A DNA stretch of 64,000 nt from a virus (lineage: Duplodnaviria; Caudoviricetes): positions 1 through 64,000 of the IMG/VR virus record IMGVR_UViG_3300033175_000001. One strand, 5' to 3'. Positions 56,690 through 64,000 of the stretch are shown here, piece after piece. A program made the position numbers and the translations under genes. A model generated the notes under the pieces. That model was not told where the DNA came from, searched no databases, and saw nothing but the letters and a program-made list of their open reading frames with translations. How positions within the stretch are numbered: position 1 is the first letter of the stretch; each line of letters starts with the position of its first letter.

Positions 56690-57587
56690 TTATTACTTCC
56701 TCCTTCTGAGATTCCTCTGTAGCAAAATGGGCTTCATACTTCTTACAAAGCTCAACCAACTTAACTGCAGGTTGAAGGCCCAGGACTTCCTTAACAATTT
56801 TTGCCTCATCCCCTGTATAAGAAACTGCTATACGGTAGATATCCTTTTTTATCTCAAAAAGAATTTTCGATTTTTCCGACTCGTTATCAACCAATGCCGC
56901 CTTCTGCTCGGCCAGTTTTACCGCCTCAACGACCTTCTGTGTAGAAGCCTCCATCCTCTGTGGATCAACCTGCTTTGCCTCTACTGATACTGTAGACTCT
57001 TTGCTCTTTGAGGAAATCCACGATTCGCTGTAATCCTCGCCTGCCAGACCCTCTGGAACAGGTATATCATCCAGAAGAATTCTCATCTCTTCCTCTTCCA
57101 TCATCAATGAATCCTGCGCCCAATCCAGAGCGCCAAGTTCACGCAAGTCACGAAGCACTTCGGCTGAAAGAGCGATATCCTCGGAACCTCTTGCTCGGTT
57201 ATGCCTCAGAGTAGATATCCGCATCTGCTCCATAGTCATATCTACAAAAACAACAGGCACCTTATCGTAACCGAGATGCCTTGCCGCACGCCAACGGTGT
57301 TCTCCGTCTACGATAACCCGCTCATTCCTGATTGCAACGATAGGCTGAGTAAATCCATCCTCAGTCATCGATTTAACCAGAAGCTCAAAGTCCCTCGGGT
57401 CCTGTCGATTAGGGTTATATGAATTTGGTTTTAATTCAGCCACATCCACATAAACCACTTCCAATCTTTCGAGGGCTTTCGCCGTCTTCTCAACTGCTCT
57501 TCGTCCACGCTCCCTTATCTCCGGCTGAGGTCGCTGCCCGTCCGGGATAGGATTCCGTGTGCTTTGTTTTTCTACATCTACTGCCAT
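56682..57587 (-). CDS. ParB/Srx-like protein (YbdM/IbrB-like), copy 1
   Basis: YNPNRQ, EDGFTQPIV, IVDGEHRWRA, TLRHNRARG. Confidence 0.85.
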   Translation of the reverse strand: MAVDVEKQSTRNPIPDGQRPQPEIRERGRRAVEKTAKALERLEVVYVDVAELKPNSYNPNRQDPRDFELLVKSMTEDGFTQPIVAIRNERVIVDGEHRWRAARHLGYDKVPVVFVDMTMEQMRISTLRHNRARGSEDIALSAEVLRDLRELGALDWAQDSLMMEEEEMRILLDDIPVPEGLAGEDYSESWISSKSKESTVSVEAKQVDPQRMEASTQKVVEAVKLAEQKAALVDNESEKSKILFEIKKDIYRIAVSYTGDEAKIVKEVLGLQPAVKLVELCKKYEAHFATEESQKEEVING

Positions 57588-57600
57588 ATTTCCGGCCTCC

Positions 57601-58290
57601 TCATAAATTATTTATAGTACAGTGCGCCCCGTATTTAGACCGCCTATAAATTGTTGCTCTTGAACCAAACAGAGAATTTATCCTCTCTTTGTAATCCTGA
57701 TATGAAGGCATTTCATCAGATAAAAAATGCAATTCAAAAGTAGAGAAACGAGATTTCTTTAATATATCTACTCCCTCATCTGAGAAAAATAAACACTCCT
57801 CTCCTCCCTCGGCATCACATTTTAAAACAGCATTTCCGCCTTCAAATATATTTATGTATTTAGCGTGAAAATCTTTTATTCCCATTAAAGAAGCCAGTAC
57901 ATTCGATTCCTTACGAGCAAACGACTCTTTACCAACTGTAGAATATAACGAAGACCCGTTACTATGAACATTGAACGTACCAGGCTCAAAACCAATTCCA
58001 ATATTATATGATGAAACACCAGTTAAAAATTTTGTATTCTCCAAAAACATCTGATGAGTTGATTTTACAGGTTCAAAAGCAAACACCTTTGCGCCTGGAT
58101 ATAGCTTCTTAAATAACCTTGTAAATACCCCTATATTTGCTCCTACATCAAAACAAACTGTATTATCGAACTCTCTGCCTTTAATCCTGTAAGAATCGTC
58201 ATCAAATAATTCTTCGATGGTCAACTTCAAATCCATTTTATTATCAGTAATAAATTTACCCATTGAATTATGCTCATAAATATCTATCAC
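57601..58290 (-). CDS. FkbM-family methyltransferase
   Basis: FDVGANIG, FAFEP, LKCDAEGGE. Confidence 0.85.
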   Translation of the reverse strand: MIDIYEHNSMGKFITDNKMDLKLTIEELFDDDSYRIKGREFDNTVCFDVGANIGVFTRLFKKLYPGAKVFAFEPVKSTHQMFLENTKFLTGVSSYNIGIGFEPGTFNVHSNGSSLYSTVGKESFARKESNVLASLMGIKDFHAKYINIFEGGNAVLKCDAEGGEECLFFSDEGVDILKKSRFSTFELHFLSDEMPSYQDYKERINSLFGSRATIYRRSKYGAHCTINNL

Positions 58291-58294
58291 GCTA

Positions 58295-59020
58295 TCACCT
58301 CAATGCATATCTAAATAATTGACCGAGAACACCCGGATCATCCAAAAGTTGCTCTTTTGAAAATCCTGCATACTTGGTGTCCCTTAGATAGCTATTGAAT
58401 ATAGCAGCAGCGTAAGTTTCAGAATTTACCCACGGAGAAATATCTCCTTTCCCTGAAAAAATAACGCTCATATCCGCTCCCGTAAAAGGCTGCATCTGCT
58501 TATAACTAAAATGTCGATACTTCCTGCCTTTTAACGCTTTTCGAGAAGCATGAAAGTTAAAGGCAAACTTATGCATCTGCTTACCTTCCCTTTCACGATT
58601 CAACGCTTCAGCTATATTCTTTAGCCAACTTGTAATTATGTGTCCTCTGGCACGACTACCAAAAATACCGTTAGCTATCTTACCCTGCTCCCAACCATAG
58701 CCAAAAAATTCAAAATCATCGAACACGTCGAATAAAGGCTGCACACTACGGAAAACAACAGTATCTATATCCATCCATATACCGCCGTTGTAAAAAAGAA
58801 GTACAACTCGAATAAAATCACTCACCGTCGCTATATCCGGCAAACTCCATACATCGTCCCGAATTTCCACAGGAATAAACTGATTCAAATTACTTCTATT
58901 TACGATATGCACTGGATGGCCTGCGGAATGCTTCTTAATTGTATCAAGGCAAAGATCAATATACTCAGGAGTACCGTAATCTTTTAAAGGTTCCCAAAAT
59001 AGCCATATTGCGTCATTCAT
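58295..59020 (-). CDS. DXD glycosyltransferase (GT32/capsular polysaccharide synthesis-like)
   Basis: IWLFW..P.YIDLC..TI, SDFIRV.LL...GGIWMDID. Confidence 0.85.
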   Translation of the reverse strand: MNDAIWLFWEPLKDYGTPEYIDLCLDTIKKHSAGHPVHIVNRSNLNQFIPVEIRDDVWSLPDIATVSDFIRVVLLFYNGGIWMDIDTVVFRSVQPLFDVFDDFEFFGYGWEQGKIANGIFGSRARGHIITSWLKNIAEALNREREGKQMHKFAFNFHASRKALKGRKYRHFSYKQMQPFTGADMSVIFSGKGDISPWVNSETYAAAIFNSYLRDTKYAGFSKEQLLDDPGVLGQLFRYALR

Positions 59021-59644
59021 TTAGTCTGCCCCCATTGAAAACGTCCGGCTATTTCGAGGTCTGCCAAAACAATTCTTCGCAGTACCGAGCGTTGAATCCA
59101 TATCAATATTATGATCAACCAAATTCGGAACACATATTGCATAATCCTGCTTCACTTCTTTCAGATACTTACCTAAAAGAGAATCGTGCCCCTCCTTCTC
59201 GTCATAATAAGTATCCTCATAGTCGCTCGCCCATGAAAGCCACTTACGGGCAAAATCATACCTAAATGCTGCCGCCTGATCCCACAGGTAGGTAGCACCT
59301 TTTTCGATCTGCCACCTTCTATCATCTTCAGGAAAATCCATAGGGCGGAAATACTGAAACAATTTGAAACCCAATAACTCCGCCTCTTCTATACGCTTTA
59401 AAGCCTTTGAATAAAAATCATTACAAAGTATTATATCGTCCTGAAACATTACGATCCATCTCGCGCCGGATTCAAAACCCTGCCTGAGAGCTTTAACATG
59501 GCTCCATACAGTTCCCTTCATATAAGGATCGTAAAATTCATTTAGACCAGGAACAGCTTCAAAAACATTCCTGGCATCAAAGCCCTGCTCTTTCCTTTTC
59601 TGGCAAGTAACGACCACCCAGTAAACATCATGTTCCGATATCAT
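59021..59644 (-). CDS. GT-A fold glycosyltransferase (GT25-like)
   Basis: SHVKAL, IVMFQDDI, PNLVDH. Confidence 0.6.
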   Translation of the reverse strand: MISEHDVYWVVVTCQKRKEQGFDARNVFEAVPGLNEFYDPYMKGTVWSHVKALRQGFESGARWIVMFQDDIILCNDFYSKALKRIEEAELLGFKLFQYFRPMDFPEDDRRWQIEKGATYLWDQAAAFRYDFARKWLSWASDYEDTYYDEKEGHDSLLGKYLKEVKQDYAICVPNLVDHNIDMDSTLGTAKNCFGRPRNSRTFSMGAD

Positions 59645-60879
59645 ACTGCAGCCTCCGTCATCTTTGCCCTGTTCTCAGGAGTATACCACCAATAAGTCCC
59701 GGGAAAAGCTACAAGTATAGGCTTCTCGGCCTTAAAAACACCACCAGTAGGTTTAAAAGTACTGGGTTCAACATAATCCAGCCCCAGGTAAGAATTAAAC
59801 GGATCGCCGTCCCATGCTTTATGAGTTAAATCTTTCCAAGACCCAAGTAAACCACAAGGCATACAACTGGCAACGTCCGGAAAAGGAGTAGTCGAATGCT
59901 TTGCATGCCTTCTGAGAACATTCGCCCTGACACGCTTCGCCCTATCAGCTACCCATAAAGGTGCCTCCTCTATACACGTCCTCTGAAAACATTCTTCCCA
60001 GGTCTCATTTAAACGCCGCTGCGGAGTACAAGTCTGAAGACCAAATTTAGCTGCAGTTCTTATCCCCGGAATCCTCTCAGCAACACGGTCAAACCAATGA
60101 GGCCATGCTCGCATTGCGATAGATAATTGCTGGATAGCAGCACCATTAAGAGTAACAGGTGCAATACGCATGCCATGAGCAGGCACACCCATTTTAAACA
60201 TGACATCATACGCTTCATTATAATCCCAACCGTTATCTCGAATTGACTTCCACACATCCCCATCACGCCAATCATATATCGGCCAGGTATTACGAACTTC
60301 TCTTGTGCGCTTATCATCCGAATTATATTTTGATGTAATAAAGTCTCCCTGCATCGATGCAAGACTCATTGCCCGTTTTGGAGACTCCTGAACCCTGATA
60401 CCGATAACATCAAACATATCTACGCCATCCCGTGTGGGTAAATCCGGTAATTGATCCAAGGTACAAAGGTCATATAAATCTTTCGTCCGAGTTATCTGTT
60501 CTGCGTAAGGAGGCGGTTTCCTCACCCACTTATCCTCCGGGATATCTGGGTCAAATGCCCACCAATAAGGCTGTTCCCTATTGAACGGATTGGTGTTCGG
60601 ATTATTCATATAACACCAGTGGAAATCAACTTCGCTGGTTCTGTTTGCAACCCGTTCAGCGTATTCATAAGTCCCTGGGTACATAATCTCTTCATCATTC
60701 ATTATTGTAGTAACCGGAAGCCTACCCATTTTCTTTGCAACCATGACAGCAAGCTCCAGACACACCGCTGAATCCTTGCCTCCAGAAAATGATACAACTA
60801 CATCTCCCTGTTCAAAACAATACTGAAGTCTTGTCAGAGCCCTCTCGAAAACATTCTGCCCTAAATATAATCTTGCCAT
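59641..60879 (-). CDS. PAPS-reductase-like PP-loop protein (YbdN/IbrA/DUF3440-like)
   Basis: SFSGGKDS, DEEIMY, IGIRVQESPKR, WPIYDW..DVW, YN..YD. Confidence 0.85.
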   Translation of the reverse strand: MARLYLGQNVFERALTRLQYCFEQGDVVVSFSGGKDSAVCLELAVMVAKKMGRLPVTTIMNDEEIMYPGTYEYAERVANRTSEVDFHWCYMNNPNTNPFNREQPYWWAFDPDIPEDKWVRKPPPYAEQITRTKDLYDLCTLDQLPDLPTRDGVDMFDVIGIRVQESPKRAMSLASMQGDFITSKYNSDDKRTREVRNTWPIYDWRDGDVWKSIRDNGWDYNEAYDVMFKMGVPAHGMRIAPVTLNGAAIQQLSIAMRAWPHWFDRVAERIPGIRTAAKFGLQTCTPQRRLNETWEECFQRTCIEEAPLWVADRAKRVRANVLRRHAKHSTTPFPDVASCMPCGLLGSWKDLTHKAWDGDPFNSYLGLDYVEPSTFKPTGGVFKAEKPILVAFPGTYWWYTPENRAKMTEAAV

Positions 60880-60881
60880 AT

Positions 60882-61577
60882 CTACCTCAGCTTTGTTATA
60901 GAATAACCTTTCTTATCAAACATCTTTGAAATGTTAGCTATCTTTCTTTTATTAAATTCAAGCCCAAAACATTGGACGCCGCTGTCAATAAACGGAGGCC
61001 AAAAAGACGCCTCTCCTACAAACATATCCAACAGCTTCTTTGGACGGATATTTCGATTTAAAAAATTCGGAATATATAATCCCTTCTCACTATGCTTGCC
61101 ATTAGGATCATCATCCCATTCAGGGGCCTCTACCCCATCTACAAAAGTTCCTACCCACAAGCAGTATTCAATACCGCTTCCATAAGTAGGAAAAAACATA
61201 TTGAACTGTTTCGCCCCATATTTATCGAGCCTGGGCTTTAATTGCTCCATACCTTTTATACCCATCTCAATAGCAACATACTTGGAAGAATAATTCTTGC
61301 AGGCGAAAGCAATACCCTCTAAAAGATTCTCAAACCCATTCTTCGGAAGCTTATCCATACCTACCCATTCCCGGAACTGATTCGCTATCCTTGTATCCCA
61401 TGGCGGGTCAGTATAAATAAGATCTGCTCGTTCTTCCCCCATTAAAACTTCAAGCGCCTTTGGACTAAACGGAGCACAAATATACCTATGCTTCAGTTCT
61501 CCTGCTTCGTACATCTCACCCGGCTGAATAGGAAACTTCTCCCAGGCATCTCCGTACATTTGATCTGCTTCCATCAC
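60882..61577 (-). CDS. Amino-methyltransferase-like protein (DPPW) with degenerate SAM motif
   Basis: HRYIC...LMGEERADLIYTDPPW; LLDMFVGEAS; GLEF. Confidence 0.65.
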   Translation of the reverse strand: MMEADQMYGDAWEKFPIQPGEMYEAGELKHRYICAPFSPKALEVLMGEERADLIYTDPPWDTRIANQFREWVGMDKLPKNGFENLLEGIAFACKNYSSKYVAIEMGIKGMEQLKPRLDKYGAKQFNMFFPTYGSGIEYCLWVGTFVDGVEAPEWDDDPNGKHSEKGLYIPNFLNRNIRPKKLLDMFVGEASFWPPFIDSGVQCFGLEFNKRKIANISKMFDKKGYSITKLR

Positions 61578-62104
61578 TTAACCTCCGAAACTGGAAAAAT
61601 ATAATCTACAAAACAAATAGCTACCAGCACCGTACCGTGCTGCTTCTTTGGAATAATAGTTTCGACTATAAGCTCTTCATCTTTAAGAAAGAACTCATCT
61701 GAATAGCCGTTAAAATAAATCTCCTGCAGAGCTTCCCTCAATTCAAGGGACGCCTCTTCTTTTAACTTTGGACCGTTATATTCACAAACGATCCCGCCAT
61801 ACTTCTCTTCAGTCTCTTTATTATAAAGCCAACCATAAATAATGCCGGCTGTACCTACTTCCCCTTTACCACAAGTACACACACCCATAATTGCTTCCAT
61901 AACCGAACCATGTGTCAACTTTTTAGGTTTGGGAATTTCCTTAGCCTCACCCGGAAGTATTGAGGAATACTGCATAATATTACACATCTCAATATCAGCA
62001 TCCTTTAAAGCCATGTGATAAGACCCGGCGTGTATAGTTATATCACTCTCCCCTTTACCGGTCGTTACAAAAAAATTTCGGGGAACTCTTTGCCCTACTA
62101 TCAT
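61574..62104 (-). CDS. pdaD: Pyruvoyl-dependent arginine decarboxylase
   Basis: FFVTTGKGE, SYHMAL.DADI..CN..YS-SILP self-cleavage site. Confidence 0.85.
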   Translation of the reverse strand: MIVGQRVPRNFFVTTGKGESDITIHAGSYHMALKDADIEMCNIMQYSSILPGEAKEIPKPKKLTHGSVMEAIMGVCTCGKGEVGTAGIIYGWLYNKETEEKYGGIVCEYNGPKLKEEASLELREALQEIYFNGYSDEFFLKDEELIVETIIPKKQHGTVLVAICFVDYIFPVSEVK

Positions 62105-62826
62105 TAACTGACCCTCCTCGCTAAAAATACTATTATACCATCATAACCCCTTGAATAATCGCAATCCATGGAGAAAGACTTAACCATTTTAAAATCACTA
62201 TCGAGAAAACCAATAATTTCCATCATATCAACTGGAAACGCTGAGTACTTAACTTTTCCAACTTTATAAAACTCGGCGTTCCTCAAAGCTGCCATTACTA
62301 TGTACTTATCCGCTGCGGACTTAATATTGGAAAAAAGCTGAGAATAATCTACATAATTATCCGTTATACTTTCGATACAAAAACACGACGATACCAAATC
62401 CGCCTTTGTAGGAATTCCGCCCAATACATTTAGCTGCTTAAATTCAATATCTAAATCAAGCATCCGCCACTCGATAAATTCTTTTGTTGTACCCTCGATA
62501 TCAGCTACATAATTTAAAAAATCATTCCAATCAAATCGTGAAGGTGAACACTTGAACCACTTAGCCACCTCCATCAGATTACTCTTACTAAAATCTGAAA
62601 ATAACACCCTTCCGGCCTTATTACTTGCACTCATGAGTTGATAAATAGTAGGGCCTCCGCCAACTTCAAAAATACTTAAGCCATCATCAATATCTTTATA
62701 AATCTCGTGGAATGATTCTAAAAGAAATTTATTCTCCTCGTCGCAACTCGAATAATATTCATTCAAATATCTTCTTGAAGAAAAATCCGTAAAATCAACA
62801 CGCTTATCCTCTAAAACAATCATCAC
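62104..62826 (-). CDS. NNMT/PNMT/TEMT-family small-molecule N-methyltransferase
   Basis: F..R.YL..YY, GGGPTIYQLMSA, DF...N..E..KW.....FDW, FC.E, FYKVG..KY. Confidence 0.85.
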   Translation of the reverse strand: MMIVLEDKRVDFTDFSSRRYLNEYYSSCDEENKFLLESFHEIYKDIDDGLSIFEVGGGPTIYQLMSASNKAGRVLFSDFSKSNLMEVAKWFKCSPSRFDWNDFLNYVADIEGTTKEFIEWRMLDLDIEFKQLNVLGGIPTKADLVSSCFCIESITDNYVDYSQLFSNIKSAADKYIVMAALRNAEFYKVGKVKYSAFPVDMMEIIGFLDSDFKMVKSFSMDCDYSRGYDGIIVFLARRVS

Positions 62827-64000
62827 TCCGTCCTATGAAAAGTGGCTTTATTCACCACAAGTTTTCCTTCTCTCGCTGCACGTCGAACATTATCAAAACC
62901 ACGAATTTCAGAAATATCCATCCTGTCAATAATATCCTCTACATAATTTATAGAATCATCATTTGGATCAGCATTCAATGAAAAATAATTGGGAGATTCA
63001 ATCGCAGAACCCATATTAACGGCTTCTTCAGCAGCATTAAGAGCGAGAAAGAAACTTTGTACGTAGTCATCCTTCGCTCCCTTATAAGTACCATGACGAA
63101 TAATCATTTTATCATTTTTCCATACTTTCTCCGCATCAAGCAACTGCACCATAAATTTATTATACTTGCGCGTCTTTTTCGCTGAAGCATGGGAAGGAAT
63201 GCGAATATTTTCATGGTTCAAATTCTTATAAAATAACTGCGCCAACTTATGCTGATTCTGCAAAGAGAAATAAACAGGCTGAACATGCACATCCCTATAT
63301 GCTAACCTTCTTGAAACCATCTCATGTATCGGGTCGCCGACACCGGTTGAGTCTATGCTTAAAACCTGCAAGGTATCGTACCGCTTACACACCCTCACAA
63401 TATCATCTACCTGAGATTCCCAGTTATCTCCTTCCCATTCAAACCATGCGGATACCTGCTTATAATACATATCAGCGTCCACAAAAACAGTTGCAGCCTC
63501 CTCGCTTTCCTCATCGCCCATAAGTTCTATATACCTTCTCGGCGAAGTATCCCGACGAACAAGTTTTATGATAGTAAGAACAGTACTGTCATACTTTTTA
63601 CCAAGGTCAAGGCCGGCAACATACATAAACCTATTATCGGGAGAACTTTCCAACTTCAAAGAAGTTGCCTTCATCTTCCGTTCAAAGTCAGCCGACGTAA
63701 TTGCCATACCTTTCTGAAGTAGCCACTCCAGCTTATACGACATCCTAAAATAATCGGAATCCTCACCGTACCTTGATTTTTCTTTCTGTATCCAACGTGC
63801 ATACCGTTCATTATATTTACTGACGACGGTATAATCAAACTCAAAATGATTTTTAACCTTATTCTTGGATAACTGAGATATTCGTTTATTTCGAGTAATT
63901 GCTTCGAGGAACTCACACTGCCTCATGTGGGGAGTGCCAAGTTTTATGATAGTTGCAGAAGTAGCTGCCCCCATCGGGTGGATACTTTTAAGTACCTTTT
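62823..64000 (-). CDS. Terminase large subunit, 5'-truncated by the window edge
   Basis: Frame is open to the edge (KVLKSIHPMGAA..IIKLGTP); nuclease motif AGLDLGKKYDST; KDDYV. Confidence 0.85.
   Translation of the reverse strand, partial: KVLKSIHPMGAATSATIIKLGTPHMRQCEFLEAITRNKRISQLSKNKVKNHFEFDYTVVSKYNERYARWIQKEKSRYGEDSDYFRMSYKLEWLLQKGMAITSADFERKMKATSLKLESSPDNRFMYVAGLDLGKKYDSTVLTIIKLVRRDTSPRRYIELMGDEESEEAATVFVDADMYYKQVSAWFEWEGDNWESQVDDIVRVCKRYDTLQVLSIDSTGVGDPIHEMVSRRLAYRDVHVQPVYFSLQNQHKLAQLFYKNLNHENIRIPSHASAKKTRKYNKFMVQLLDAEKVWKNDKMIIRHGTYKGAKDDYVQSFFLALNAAEEAVNMGSAIESPNYFSLNADPNDDSINYVEDIIDRMDISEIRGFDNVRRAAREGKLVVNKATFHRTE

Noticed and set aside
55919-57587. Plasmid-prophage partition system
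   Set aside because: No ParA and no parS-like repeats; the proteins are YbdM/IbrB type and lack an obvious HTH
55919-60879. Canonical Dnd phosphorothioation or 7-deazaguanine (Dpd/Que) system
   Set aside because: No DndA/D/E, cysteine desulfurase, QueC/D/E, FolE or DpdA homolog was recognised, and the PP-loop protein lacks DndC-type motifs
59641-60879. Assimilatory PAPS reductase (cysH) as a metabolic auxiliary gene
   Set aside because: Lacks the C-terminal ECG(L/I)H motif and has YbdN/DUF3440-type features and ParB partners
491-63523. Plus-strand ORFs in the track (for example 5319-5876, 29237-29902, 29972-30631, 53072-53629)
   Set aside because: All lie antisense to well-supported minus-strand genes, have Ser/Pro/Ile-rich shadow composition and no recognisable motifs
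47287-64000. Inteins or group I introns in terminase, helicase or primase
   Set aside because: Lengths are ordinary and no LAGLIDADG/HNH motifs or His-Asn/Cys splice junctions were seen
1-64000. tRNA genes, CRISPR array, integrase or att site
   Set aside because: Intergenic gaps are short or AT-rich with no cloverleaf or repeat-spacer pattern seen by eye, and no recombinase ORF; a tRNAscan-SE run would be decisive

Overview
The window is about 64 kb of one dsDNA tailed phage with a contractile tail (myovirus). Every credible gene is on the minus strand. In transcription order (right to left) it carries: (1) the 3' part of the terminase large subunit; (2) a 10-gene enzyme cassette between terminase and portal (NNMT/PNMT-family methyltransferase, pyruvoyl arginine decarboxylase, DPPW methylase-like protein, PAPS-reductase-like PP-loop protein, two glycosyltransferases, FkbM methyltransferase, two ParB/Srx paralogs, class I methyltransferase); (3) portal and gpF-like head protein; (4) a replication/repair block with its own sigma70-like promoter (minimal PolX, DnaB helicase, primase, MoxR/VWA pair, RuvC, SpoVS); (5) scaffold, major capsid, neck, sheath, tube, a tail chaperone with a -1 frameshift, tape measure and baseplate; (6) a 1470-aa tail fibre with a spherulin-4/GH135 domain; (7) a second enzyme cassette (DNA methylase, two radical SAM enzymes, DUF4376, Thr-nucleophile sulfatase/NPP-like enzyme, U32-like protein, APS kinase, DUF2061-HIGH nucleotidyltransferase); (8) Ig-like virion proteins, endolysin, a stand-alone NrdD glycyl-radical-motif peptide, holin/spanin candidates, rubredoxin and small basic peptides; (9) a terminator, an AT-rich intergenic region and early genes including endonuclease IV. 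Gene content suggests an anaerobic, probably diderm host (inference). No integrase, replicative DNA polymerase, tRNA, CRISPR array or reverse transcriptase was seen. All family assignments come from motif recognition by eye; no database search was run.
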